Counted from the stretch's first letter, positions 30,465 through 41,800 are shown. The stretch: DNA of 64,000 bases from an uncultured Gemmataceae bacterium (GCA_963750165.1 CAVVPN010000003.1:2720001-2784000); one strand, 5' to 3'. The notes: generated from the sequence alone by a model not told the origin. Program-made: numbers and translations.

Positions 30465-30547
30465 CCGGACGATTCTTCCAGGGAATTTTCACTCGCATCC
30501 CTGGGGTCGGCGCTCGTCGTGACCGTTTTGTGTACTGGGAAGCAATT

Positions 30548-32467
30548 ATGCCCGGAATTTGTGGCGCCCTGAGTGTGACTCCTCGTTCGGACCCGGACGG
30601 CCTGGTGGCCGAGATGGTCCGGCGGATGAAACATCATCCCTGGTACGTCGAGCAGCAGCACGCCACTGCCGCCGGCGATCTGACGCTGGGACAGGTCACG
30701 CTCGGCCACGGGAACGCCGTCCCTCAATCCGGGTCCAACGAGGACGGCTCGCTGTTGGCGGTGATGGAAGGCGAGTTGCACAACTATGACGAGGAGCGGC
30801 GCCGTCTGGAAGCGGCCGGCCACGTCTTCCACTCCGACAGCCCGGCCGAACTGCTGGCGCACGGCTTCGAGCAGGAGGGCAAGGCGTTCTTCCGCCGCCT
30901 GAACGGCCTGTTCGCGGTCGCGCTGTGGGACGCGGGCCGACGGCGGCTGTACCTGGCCAATGACCGCTTCGGCATCAAGGCGCTGTATTACAGTCAGGCC
31001 GCCGGCAAACTGCTGTTCGCCTCGGAGGTCAAGGCGCTGCTGGCCGACCGGCACTTGCCGCGGGCGGTGGACCCGCGTGGGGCGGCCCAGTTCTTTACCT
31101 ACGGCCACCTGTTCGGGGAAGACACGCTGCACCAGGGCGTGCGGCTGTTGCCGGCCGCGGGCTGGCTGACTTACGACGCGGCCGAGGATCGCCTGACGGT
31201 GGAGCGCTACTGGCGTTTCGAGCCCGGAGCGGTCGCAGCGCCGGCCAGCGAGCCGGAGCAACTGGACCGCCTCGCCGACGCCTTTCGGCGCGCGGTGGCA
31301 CGGCGGACGGGCGGCGACGAGCGATTGGGGCTGTCGCTTTCCGGCGGCCTGGACGCCCGGACGATCCTGGGCGTGGTGGCCGCCGACCGCGAACTCACCT
31401 CCGTCACCCTGGGCATCCCGGGCAGCATCGACCACTGCGTTGCCGCGGAACTGGCGCGCGTGGCCGGGCGGCCGCACCGCAACTTCGTGCTGGACGAGCA
31501 ATTCCTGTCGCGGTTCGAGGACCACCTGCGCTGGATGGTCCACCTGACCGATGGCCACTACCTGTCGCAGTGCATCGTCATGCCGACGCTGCCCGTCTAC
31601 CGCGACCTGGGCATTCAGGTGTTGCTGCGCGGCCACGCCGGCGAGTTGATGCACCTGGACAAGGCGTACAACTTCTCGCTCGACAGCGAAGGGCTGGCGC
31701 TGCGCGACAGCACCGCCCTGGAGAGCTGGCTGTGGCGGCGGTTGCAGACGTACATGCTGGACGAACTGCGCGAGCCGCTGTTCGCCCCCGGCTTCCACTG
31801 CGACGCTGCGGAGCTGGCGCGGGCCTCGCTGCGCGACTGCCTGGCGGAGACGGACGAGGTGACGCCGCCGGCCCAGCGCGTCAGCCATCTGTTCCTGGCC
31901 CAGCGGGTGCGCCGCGAGACCGCTCTGTCGATGCTCGAGTTCGGCTCGCTCGTGTCCATCCGGCTGCCGTACCTGGACAACGACCTGGTGGACGCGCTGC
32001 TGGCGGCGCCGGCGGCGCTGAAGTGGGGGGACCGGATCCAGGCGCACATCCTGCGGCGGCACCAGCCGGCGTTCCTGCGGGTGGTCAACACGAACACGGG
32101 GGCCCGCATGGGCGCGGGGCCGCTGGCGCGGTTCGCTGCCAAGGTGCGGCTCAAGGTGCTGGCCAAACTCGGCGTCGCCGGCTACCAGCCCTATGAGCGG
32201 TTGGGCCTCTGGCTGCGTCAGGAACTGCGGCCGCTGGTGGAGCGCTTGCTGCTGGATCCGCGCTGCCTGGACCGCGGCGTCTTCAACCCCTCGGCGGTGC
32301 AGGCGGTCGTGCGCCGCCACCTGGCGGGCCAGGCGAACCACACCTACCTGTTGATGGCGATGTTGATTTTTGAACAGGGCCAGCGCGAGTTTGTTGATGA
32401 CGAACGGGTCGGAGCCGGTGCGGCCGATCCCGTGGGCGTGCCGGTGGCCCTGAACGGGCCCGGCTGA
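30548..32467 (+). CDS. Asparagine synthetase B-like amidotransferase/amide ligase lacking the N-terminal Cys
   Basis: Starts MPGICG; GELHN, LNGLFAVALWD, DRFGIKALYY, FASEVKAL, LSGGLDART, GHAGE, RLPYLDNDLV. Confidence 0.85.
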   Translation: MPGICGALSVTPRSDPDGLVAEMVRRMKHHPWYVEQQHATAAGDLTLGQVTLGHGNAVPQSGSNEDGSLLAVMEGELHNYDEERRRLEAAGHVFHSDSPAELLAHGFEQEGKAFFRRLNGLFAVALWDAGRRRLYLANDRFGIKALYYSQAAGKLLFASEVKALLADRHLPRAVDPRGAAQFFTYGHLFGEDTLHQGVRLLPAAGWLTYDAAEDRLTVERYWRFEPGAVAAPASEPEQLDRLADAFRRAVARRTGGDERLGLSLSGGLDARTILGVVAADRELTSVTLGIPGSIDHCVAAELARVAGRPHRNFVLDEQFLSRFEDHLRWMVHLTDGHYLSQCIVMPTLPVYRDLGIQVLLRGHAGELMHLDKAYNFSLDSEGLALRDSTALESWLWRRLQTYMLDELREPLFAPGFHCDAAELARASLRDCLAETDEVTPPAQRVSHLFLAQRVRRETALSMLEFGSLVSIRLPYLDNDLVDALLAAPAALKWGDRIQAHILRRHQPAFLRVVNTNTGARMGAGPLARFAAKVRLKVLAKLGVAGYQPYERLGLWLRQELRPLVERLLLDPRCLDRGVFNPSAVQAVVRRHLAGQANHTYLLMAMLIFEQGQREFVDDERVGAGAADPVGVPVALNGPG

Positions 32468-32533
32468 GGCGGCCCCGCACTGCCCGCCCCACCGTCGAAA
32501 CCGGCTTCACTCAGGCTCGCCCCAGGAATTACC

Positions 32534-33472
32534 ATGGCGACTACGTTTTTACCTCCGCCCCCCCAGACACAGGGCCGCCCGAAGCCCCTGCGGATGCTGT
32601 TCGACCTGATGGCCCTCGCGCGTCCGCAGCAGTGGGTCAAGAACGGTTTCGTGCTGGCGCCGCTGCTGTTCAGCCCTGTCGCCTGGGAGCCAGCCGTCAT
32701 CGCCGCCGCCGTCCTGGCGACCGCCTGCTTCTGCGTCTGGTCGAGCAGCGTCTACTGCCTGAACGACGTGCTCGACGCCCGCGCCGACGCGCGGCACCCG
32801 CGCAAACGCTACCGGCCCATCGCGGCGGGGCGCGTCCGGCCCGGGGCGGCCGTCGCGGCGTGCGTCGTCCTGGCCGGCGCGGCGCTCGCAGTCGCTGGCG
32901 TGGCCGTGTCGCTACCCTTGCTGCTCTTCGGCGCCCTCTACCTGGCCAACAGCCTGGCCTACTGCCTGGTACTCAAGTACCGCGTCGTCGTGGATGTCCT
33001 GGCGATCGCCCTGGGCTTCGTCCTGCGGCTCCTGGGCGGTTGCGCGGCGATTGGGGTGGAGCCCAGTTCCTGGCTGCTGGTGTGCGGCTTTTCGCTGGCG
33101 CTGTTGCTGGGCTTCGGCAAGCGCCGCCTGGAGGTGGACGGGTTGGAGCGGGCGGCGGAGTTTCGTCCGGTGCTGCAATCTTACAGCCCGGAGAAGCTGA
33201 ACCTGCTGCTGGGCATCACCGCCTCAATGTGTCTGCTCTCCTACATGCTGTACACCGTGGCCCCGGAGACGGTGCGCGTCCATCACACCGACAAACTTGT
33301 GTACACGACGCCGTTCGTCGCCTACGGGGTCTTCCGCTACCTGTTGAAAGTCCAGGAGGGCCAGCACGACGGGCCCGTCGAGGTGGTGGTCAAGGACTGG
33401 ACCTTTTCGTTGAACGTCCTGTTGTGGGTTGCGAGCGTCTTCGCGATCCTGTGGCTGTCCGGTTCCTTGTGA
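32534..33472 (+). CDS. Decaprenyl/polyprenyl-phosphate phosphoribosyltransferase (UbiA family)
   Basis: ARPQQWVKN, YCLNDVLDARADARHPRKRYRPIAAG, DVLAIALGFVLRLLGG, GKRRLE, YGVFRYL. Confidence 0.87.
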   Translation: MATTFLPPPPQTQGRPKPLRMLFDLMALARPQQWVKNGFVLAPLLFSPVAWEPAVIAAAVLATACFCVWSSSVYCLNDVLDARADARHPRKRYRPIAAGRVRPGAAVAACVVLAGAALAVAGVAVSLPLLLFGALYLANSLAYCLVLKYRVVVDVLAIALGFVLRLLGGCAAIGVEPSSWLLVCGFSLALLLGFGKRRLEVDGLERAAEFRPVLQSYSPEKLNLLLGITASMCLLSYMLYTVAPETVRVHHTDKLVYTTPFVAYGVFRYLLKVQEGQHDGPVEVVVKDWTFSLNVLLWVASVFAILWLSGSL

Positions 33473-33484
33473 GTCCCCCAAGCC

Positions 33485-34174
33485 ATGCACGCGCACCCTG
33501 AGCAACCGCCCCTGGCCGATCCCACGACCCCGCTGGCCGTGTTCGACTTCGACGGCACCCTGGTGCGGAGCGATTCGTTCCTGCCGTTTTTGCTGAGCTA
33601 CGGCTGGCGCCGGCGCCGGTTCCTGGCCCTGCTCACGCTGCCGTTCTACCTGGCCCTGTATGCCCTACGGATCCTGTCGGATCGGGCCGCCAAGGAGCGC
33701 GTCCTCATCGCTTTCCTGCGCGGCCAGTGCAGCGCCGCCATCGCCGAGCACGCGGACCGGTTCTGCCGGAACTGGGTGCAGCGCCGCCTGCGGCCGGAGG
33801 TGGTCGCGCGGCTGCGCGAGCACCAGGCGGCGGGTCACCGGGTCGTCCTGCTGTCCGCCAGCCCGGACGTTTACGTCCCGGCCGCGGCCAACCATTTGGG
33901 CATCAGCGAGGTCATTTGCACCCGCGTGGCCGTCGTCAACGGCCGCTGTGACGGGGCGCTGGAGGGCGGCAACTGCAAGGGGCCCGAGAAGGTGGCGGCA
34001 CTCCGGCGCTACCTTGGGGCGGACTCCCCGCCGCCGGCGTCGTGGGCGTACGGCGACTCGAAGAGTGATCTGCCCGTGTTGAACTGGGTGGGCGAGGGCT
34101 GGTTGGTGCGGCGCAAACGCCTGGTCCGCCTGAGCCCGACCGACCGTATCGTCGGGAACCCTGTCGGGGTGTGA
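33485..34174 (+). CDS. HAD-IB family phosphatase
   Basis: FDFDGTL, LSAS, NCKGPEK, AYGDSKSDLP. Confidence 0.9.
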   Translation: MHAHPEQPPLADPTTPLAVFDFDGTLVRSDSFLPFLLSYGWRRRRFLALLTLPFYLALYALRILSDRAAKERVLIAFLRGQCSAAIAEHADRFCRNWVQRRLRPEVVARLREHQAAGHRVVLLSASPDVYVPAAANHLGISEVICTRVAVVNGRCDGALEGGNCKGPEKVAALRRYLGADSPPPASWAYGDSKSDLPVLNWVGEGWLVRRKRLVRLSPTDRIVGNPVGV

Positions 34175-34210
34175 CTGGCTAGGCGGTCGAACCTTGTTGA
34201 GGGCGGTGCG

Positions 34211-35686
34211 ATGGGCATGCGCTGGCTGTTCAGTGTGCGCGGGCTTGCGCAACTTTTCGGGATCCTGTTCTGCCTCCACTGGGGCTGCACGATGCTCGCC
34301 TTCCCGCTCTACAAGGGCCGACTGGAAGGATACGCCCCGGTCGTCCTGGGGTTGCTGGTGGGCGGGGCCCTCTGTGTGCCCGGGGTGCGCCAGGGACTAT
34401 CCCGGTGGTTGCTCGCCTGGCCGAAGACACGCTTCCTCCTCGGCCTGGTGGTGCTCGCGCTGGCCCTGCGCCTGGCCGCCATCCTGGTGTTCCCCGTCGA
34501 ACCCGTCAACGACCACCGATACTTCCACCGCTATGCGGTCAACCTGCTCGACGGCAAGGGCTACGGCGGCATCCCCTGGCCGCACCTCCGTCACCTCGAT
34601 GGCAACGGCGGCCTCCGGGCGTTCTACCCGCCCGGCATGACCTTCCTGCTCGCCGCCTGGTATCAGTTGACCGGCGCGGGAGCGATCAGCGGGAAGGTGT
34701 TGAACTGCCTGATCGGCACCGGCATGGTGCTGCTCCTGTACGACATCGGCCGGCGCCTGCGGGGGAACCTGGTCGGTCGCTGGGCCGGGTTGACTGCGGC
34801 GGTCCTGCCCACCCTGGTATTCTACAGCGCCTCGCTGGGCTATGAAATCGTGCTGGGAACCCTTTTCTGCCTTGTCCTGGAGATCACGCTCATCTGTCAG
34901 GAACGGGTGAGGTGGTATCACGCGCTGGCGCTCGGCCTCGTCCTTGGGTTCGGCACGCTCGTCAAGCCGGTGTGCCTGCTCGTGCCGGGACTGCTGCTGG
35001 TCTGGTGGCTGTGGCTGGGGTTGGGATGGCGGTCCCTGGCCTGGACCGCGGTCGTCCTGGTCGTTCAGGCGGCCGTCGTGGCGCCCTGGACGGTGCGGAA
35101 TTACTACACCTTCCACCAGTTCGTGCCCGTCTCGACGAACGGGGGGTACGTCCTTTACAGCGCGAACAACCCCGAGTCGTACGGCTTCCACATGCCGGTA
35201 GAGCCGCTCCCTGGGGAGACGGACGAGGTGGCGATGGACCGGGCACGTTCGCGGGCGGCGGTGAGCTGGATCCTGGCCCACCCGGCCGACTTCCTCCGAC
35301 TGGCTGCGATGAAGACGACCATCACCTGGGGGACGGCGAGCACCATTATGTCCTTCCTGTCCTGCGACCGGATGACGGATCGGGAAGAACAGGTGTGCAT
35401 GGCGACACTGAACACCGCCTGGACCGCCCTGCTCGTGGTGTGTTTCTTCGCCACCTGCCGAGCCCCGCTGTGGGGGGAGCGGCGCTTCCTGTTGGCCCTG
35501 CTACTATTGGTCTACCTGGCTGGGTTGCAACTCGTGTTCGAGGCCGAGAGTCGGCACCACATCCCCGCACTGGCCCCCCTGCTCCTGGTCGCCGCCAACG
35601 GCCTGGCGGCGCCCCCGCGCCGCCTCCCCCTCCGTGAAGCCACGGTCCAATCCCACACCGAACTCTCGTCGCTCCAGTCCTGCTGA
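34211..35686 (+). CDS. GT-C fold glycosyltransferase, close paralog of 2029..3498
   Basis: FPVEPVNDH, RAFYPPG, LVKPVCL, PWTVRNY...STNGGYVLYSANNP, GETDEVAMDR. Confidence 0.82.
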   Translation: MGMRWLFSVRGLAQLFGILFCLHWGCTMLAFPLYKGRLEGYAPVVLGLLVGGALCVPGVRQGLSRWLLAWPKTRFLLGLVVLALALRLAAILVFPVEPVNDHRYFHRYAVNLLDGKGYGGIPWPHLRHLDGNGGLRAFYPPGMTFLLAAWYQLTGAGAISGKVLNCLIGTGMVLLLYDIGRRLRGNLVGRWAGLTAAVLPTLVFYSASLGYEIVLGTLFCLVLEITLICQERVRWYHALALGLVLGFGTLVKPVCLLVPGLLLVWWLWLGLGWRSLAWTAVVLVVQAAVVAPWTVRNYYTFHQFVPVSTNGGYVLYSANNPESYGFHMPVEPLPGETDEVAMDRARSRAAVSWILAHPADFLRLAAMKTTITWGTASTIMSFLSCDRMTDREEQVCMATLNTAWTALLVVCFFATCRAPLWGERRFLLALLLLVYLAGLQLVFEAESRHHIPALAPLLLVAANGLAAPPRRLPLREATVQSHTELSSLQSC

Positions 35687-35752
35687 CCGGGGCGGGGATC
35701 GCACTCTGGCCACGGGCCGGCGAACGGTAGCCTTCCAGATGGTTTTGAACCC

Positions 35753-35778
35753 GGGGCCGGTCGGCGACGACCGGCCCC
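35753..35778. terminator. GC-rich hairpin between convergent genes
   Basis: GGGGCCGGTCG-GCGA-CGACCGGCCCC; no clear U-tract. Confidence 0.4.
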
Positions 35779-35800
35779 TGGGATCGATTGGGAATGACGA

Positions 35801-38800
35801 TTAGATTTGGCTGAAGGCGAAGCCGTTCTGAATGTCATTGAGCTGTGGCGCCAGCCAATTCAGGGCGGCCTGCGCCGCCGCCGCGTCTGGCCCCCCCTGG
35901 TGGATCAGCATCATCATTGCCATCCGGGCGTCCTGGCCGTAGTTGGTGAAGGCGACCGGCGGGTCCACGGTCCCGTTCGACTCGTTGTAGGTCGCGTTGA
36001 ACACCTGCTGGAGGTTGGTGAAATACGTAACGTGCCCCGAACTGTCGATGGTGCCGATTTGCGGGTAGTAGGGCGCAGCGTACGCCTCCGGGAAGTTCGG
36101 GCTGGTGAACAGGCTCAACTGGAACTCGTTCAGTTTGGTTTCCAGAATCTGGCCGCCGGTGAAACCCTGGTCAGCCGCGTGCTGGAGTGCCCACGCGAGG
36201 TAGTCGTCCTGCCACACGGACACAACGGGTTGTCCTTGCGCGATCGGACCCATGGCAACCCCCGCGTTCATCTCGAAATACGTGCCCAGCGGCGTGACGT
36301 GGGCGACGGCATACTGGTCGGCCCAGGTCAGGTTGTTTTCCAACTTCTGGACGAGGTAGGCCTTGTTCGGGTCAGCGTCGGGCAGGTAAGCGGCGGCGTC
36401 GGTGAGGTTGCGCAGCGGCCAGGCGGTGCCGCGTGGCGCGCCGGCATATTGGTTGGTGAGGCTCAGGTCGTTGGGCCCGTTGGCGAAGTCCCCAAAGAGG
36501 AGGCCCTCGCTGCCATTGCGCGTGTAGAAAGGCTGAGAGCCCAGCAGGCTATAGTTGGCCCAGAACTTCATCTCGTCGGCGTAGAAGCGGTCCCCGGTCA
36601 ACAGGTAGGGCACGTACGCCAGCGACGGTTGGTGCTGTTTGTCCGGTTCGAGCGGCCCCAGGGCCGTCGAAGACAGGTCTCCATGCGGCTGGTCGGCCAC
36701 TGGGGTATCGGAATACTGGCCGCGCTGGTCCAGCCAGAATTGCGGGTGGTTGTCGATGGTGACCAACGAGCCGTCGGCCTCGCGGATGTGGACCGGTTGC
36801 GAGCCGGCCAGGTTGCCGTTGGCCAGGATAAACGCCTTCTTGTTCTGGTCGGGATGGACCAGGTACTCGGCCACCCAGTCGGGGTAGGGCGCCAGCTCGG
36901 GACGGCCGCCGGGCGCTCCCATTGCGTCGTACGCCAGGCCACCGCGTTCCTCGATATCGAAGGTTGGGCCGGTGGTCGAGTACTGCACGTCGGGCACCGA
37001 GGACAGGTACTGCGGCAGCGCGTTGGCCTCGAAGTCTTTTTGCAGATCCGGCGTCGATTCGGCCTCGGTGAAGTTGAGGTCGAACGTCTCCCGCCAGCGC
37101 GTCAGGTAGTAGTCGTTAAACGTGTCGTGGTGGTAGAGGTTCTGACCATTGTAGTAGATGTCGGCGGAGGTGGCGATCACCGTGTCGCCCGTCACGTTCA
37201 GGTCGTTCTCAACCGTCACGTCCAGGCGGGTGGAGCCGTCCACGTATGAGCGGATGTCGAAGATCACGCGCAGGTACGGTTGCAGGGTGCCGTCGGCGGC
37301 AACCGGGTCCACGGTGAACCGCTGCTCCTTGACCAGCGGGCCGTTCAGCCACAGGTCGTTCGACTGCGTAGAGGGCACCGCGGCGGTGTACACGGTGCCG
37401 CCGATGTTGAACGACACCGAGGCATTGGGCAGCGTCGGCGTGAGGGCGGGGCCGGTCAGAGCGGGGGCCGCCGACAGGGGGAACACGCCCGCGGTGGTCG
37501 CGTGGACGGTCACGTCCGCGAAGCGGATCGAGCCGTCCGACCAGCGGGTCTGCACGTCGGTCTGGGTGGGCATGGTGCCGACCTGGACCCCCGTGGTGGC
37601 GAAGCCATCGGGCAGCGCCTGACCGAAGGTGGCCCAGCCCGGCGTCAGGGTGACCCCTTCTGTGTTGGTAACCACGGCGGTTGTGGTGGAGGTGACATTG
37701 ATCCCGTCCGAGTCCGTGACCGTCATCGTCACGTTGAAATTGCCGGCCGTGGCGTAGGTGTGGCTCGGCGAAGCCCCGGTGCTGGTGGTGCCGTCGCCGA
37801 AGTTCCAGGTGAACGTGTAGCCGGCCGCCGTGTCCGCCGGGTTCGGGTCCGTGACTGAGGGAGTAAAGACCGTGGGGTCGCCCAGGTAGTTGGTGTATGG
37901 GCCGCTCATGTTCACGGTCGGCGCCGTGTCGGTGGCGGTGATCGTATCGGTGCTGCTGAAGGTGATGCCGTTTTGGTCGGTGGCGGTCAGCGTGACGGCG
38001 AAGGAGCCGTGGTCGTCGGGAGTGAAAGTGAACTGCGCGCCGCTGCCGGTGGCGAAGGCAGTGCCGTTCTTGAGCACCTGCCAGGTGTACGTGTAGGTCG
38101 CCCCCGCGGGCGGGTTGCTGACGCTGCCGGTCAACGCGATCGCCGTGCCTGCCGGGCTCTGCCCCGACGCCGGCGCCCCCGTGATCTGCGCCTGCAGCCC
38201 CGCTTGGGTCACGGTGACGGTGGTCTGGGCCGCGGCGGAGCCGCCTTCCTGGTCCGTGACCGTCACGGTGACGGTGAAGGTGCCACCGCTGGCGTACGCA
38301 TGGCTCGGGGTGCTGGTGGCGGTGGCGGTGGTGCCGTCGCCAAAGTTCCAGTTGTAGCTGAAGCCGGCCGCCGTGTCCACCGCGCTCGGGTCCGTGGCGC
38401 TGGCGGTGAAGGCGACGCCGGTGCCCGCGATGCCCGTGTAGGGGCCGCCGAGGGTCACGGTCGGCGCCACGTAGTCGGCGGTGATCGTATCGGTGCTGCT
38501 GCCGGTGTCGCCGGACTGGTCGGTGGTCGTCAGCGTGACGGCGTACGAGCCGCGGTCGTTGGGGGTGAAAATGAACAGCGATCCGATGCCGGTGGCGAAG
38601 GTGGCGCCATTCTCGATCACGTGCCAGGCGTATGTGTAGGTGGACCCCGCGGTCGGGTTGCTGACGCTGCCGGTCAACGTAATCGCCGTGCCCGCCGGAC
38701 TGTGTGCCGATGCCGGCGCCCCCGTGATCTGCGCCTGAAGAGCCTGACCGGACCCGGTGGTGCCGGTTCCGGTGCCAGTGCCAGTCCCGGTTCCGGTTCC

Positions 38801-41800
38801 GGTGCCAGTCCCGGTTCCGGTGCCAGTCCCGGTGCCAGAGCCGGTGCCGCTGCCGGTGCCGGTGCCGGACCCGGTGCTGGTGGTCTGGTTGGTCACGGTA
38901 ACGGTGGTCTGGGCCGTGGCGGAGCTGCCGTTGTTCGTGACGATCAGGGTGACGGTGAAGGTGCCAGCGCTGGTGTAGCCGTGGCTCATGGTGGCGATGG
39001 TAGTGGTGGCGGAGGTGCCGTCGCCGAAGTTCCAGTTGTAGGTGAAGCCGGTCGCCGTGTTCGGGTCCGTGACAGAGACGGTGAAGGCGATGCTGGAGCC
39101 GACGACGCCCGCGTAAGGACCGCCGATGTTCGCGGTTAGCGCCACGTTGTCGGCGCTGACCGTCGTGCTGGTGCTGCTTTGCTGGCCGGCCTGGTTGGTG
39201 ACGGTCAGGGTGGCCACGTAGGTGCCGGTGGCGTCGGGGGTGAAGGTGAACTGCGCGCCGCTGCCGGTGGCAAAGACAGTGCCATTCTTGAGCACCTGCC
39301 AGGCGTCGGTATACGTCGCCCCCGACTGCGGGTTGCTGACGCTGCCTTGCAGCGTGACAGACGTGCCCTCCGGGCTGTGCCCCGATGTCGGCGCCCCCGT
39401 GATATGCGCCTGAGGGGCGGGGGCGGCGGCCACGGTGACGGTGGTCTGGGCGGTGCTGGCGGTGCCGTCCTGGTCCGTGACGGTCAGGTTGACGGTAAAG
39501 GCGCCACTGTTGACGTAGGTGTGGCTCGAGGTGGCGCCGGTGGCGGAGGTGCCGTCGCCGAAGTTCCAGCTGTAGGAGAAGCCGGCCGCCGTGTCGGCCG
39601 GGTTCGGGTCGGTGGCGCTGGCGGCGAAGGCGATACTGGTGCCCGCGACGCCCGCGTAGGGACCGCCAATGTTCGCGGTCGGGGCCACGTCGTCCGCGGT
39701 GATCGTATCGGTGCTGCTGCCGCTGTTGCCCAGCTGATTGGTGGCCGTCAGCGTGACGGCGAAGGAGCCGCGGTCGTTGGGGGTGAAGGTGAACTGCGAT
39801 CCGTTGCCGGTGGCAAAGGGGGCGCCGTTCTTGAGCACTTGCCAGACGTACGTGTAGGTGGACCCCGCGAGCGGGTTACTGACGCTGCCAGTCAACGTGA
39901 TCGGCGTGCCCGCCGGGCTGTGCCCCGACGTCGGCGCCCCCGTGATCTGCGCCTGAGGGACGGGGGCGGCGGCGGCCACGGTGACGGTGGTCTGGGCGGT
40001 GCTGGCGGTGCCGTCCTGGTCCGTGACGGTCAGGTTGACGGTGAAAGAGCCGCCGCTGACGTAGGTGTGGCTCGAGGTGGCGCCGGTGGCGGAGGTGCCG
40101 TCGCCGAATTTCCAGCTGTAGGAGAAGCCGGCCGCCGTGTCGGCCGGGTTCGAGTCGGTGGCGCTGGCGGCGAAGGCGATACTGGTGCCCGCGACGCCCG
40201 CGTAGGGACCGCCAATGTTCGCGGTCGGGGCCACGTCGTCCGCGGTGATCGTATCAGTGCTGCCGAGCGTGGCGCCAAACTGGTTGGTGGCGGTTAGCGT
40301 GACGGCGAAGGAACCGCGGTCGTCGGGGGTGAAGGTGAACTGCGATCCGATGCCGGTGGCGAAGGCGGCGCCATTCTTGAGCACCTGCCAGGCGTACGAG
40401 TAGGTGGCCCCCCCCGCGGGCGGGTTACTGATGCTGCCGGTCAACGTGATCGGCGTGCCCGCCGGGCTGTCCCCCGACATCGGCGCCCCCGTGATCTGCG
40501 CCTGAGGGGCGGGGGTCACGGTGACGGCGGTCTGGGCAGTGCTGGCGGTGCCGGCCTGGTCCGTGACGGTCAGGATGACGGTAAAGGTGCCACTGTTGAC
40601 GTAGGTGTGGCTCGGGGAGGCGCCGAAGGCGATGGCGCCGTCGCCGAAGTTCCAGCTGTAGGAGAAGCCGGCCGCCGTGTCGGCCGGGTTCGGGTCGGTG
40701 GCGCTGGCGGCGAAGGCGATGTCAGTGCCCACGACGCCTGCATAGGGACCGCCTAGGTTCGCGGTCGGGGCCACGTCATCCGCGGTGATCGTATCGATGC
40801 TGCTGAGCGTGGCGCCGAACTGGTCGGTGGCCGTCAGCGTGACGGCGAACGAGCCGCGGTCGTCGGGAGTGAAGGTGAACTGCGGGCCGCTGCCGGTGAC
40901 GAAGGCGGCGCCGTTCTGGAGCACCTGCCAGGTGTACGCATAAGTGGACCCCTGCTGCGGGTTGCTGACGCTGCCGGTCAACGTGATCGCCGTGCCTGCC
41001 GGGCTGTGCCCCGACGCCGGCGCCCCCATGATCTGCGCCTGAGGAGCGGGAGCCACGGTGACGGTGGACTGGGCGGTGCTGGCGGTGCCGGCCTGGTCCG
41101 TGACGGTCAGGATGACGGTAAAGGCGCCACTGTTGACGTAGGTGTGGCTCGGGGAGGCGCCGGTGGCGGAGGTGCCGTCGCCGAAGTTCCAGCTGTAGGA
41201 GAAGCCGGCCGCCGTGTCGGCCGGGTTCGGGTCGGCGGCGCTGGCGGCGAAGGCGATACTGGTGCCCGCGACGCCCGCGTAGGGACCGCCAATGTTCGCG
41301 GTCGGGGCCACGTCGTCCGCGGTGATCGTATCGGTGCTGCTGAGTGTGGCGCCGGTTTGGTTGGTGGCGGTCAGCGTGACGGCGAACGAGCCGCGGTCGT
41401 CGGGGGTGAAGGTGAACTGCGATCCGTTGCCGGTGGCGAAGGTGACGCCGTTCTTGAGCACTTGCCAGGCATACGTGTAGGTGGACCCCGCGAGCGGGTT
41501 ACTGACGCCGCCGGTCAACGTGATCGGCGTGCCCGCCGGGCTGTGCCCCGACATCGGTGCCCCCGTGATCTGCGCCTGAGGAGCGGGAGTCACGGTGACG
41601 GTGGTCTGGGCGGTGCCGGCGGTGCCAAGTTGGTCCGTGACGGTCAGGTTGACGGTAAAGGTGCCACCGTTGAGGTAGGTGTGGCTCGGGGAGGCGCCGG
41701 TGGCGGAGGTGCCGTCACCGAAGTTCCAGCTGTAGGAGAAGCCGGCCGCCGTGTCGGCCGGGTTCGAGTCGGTGGCGCTGGCGGCGAAGGCGATACTGGT

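Noticed and set aside
30272..32341. Long antisense/alternative-frame ORFs (also 9849..11480, 18846..20600, 35807..37249 and others)
   Set aside because: Shadow ORFs expected in high-GC DNA: Arg/Pro/Ala-rich, no motifs, and overlapping well-supported genes
30548..32467. Lasso peptide cyclase
   Set aside because: No precursor peptide, PqqD/RRE or B2 protease nearby; full-length AsnB architecture in a glycan operon
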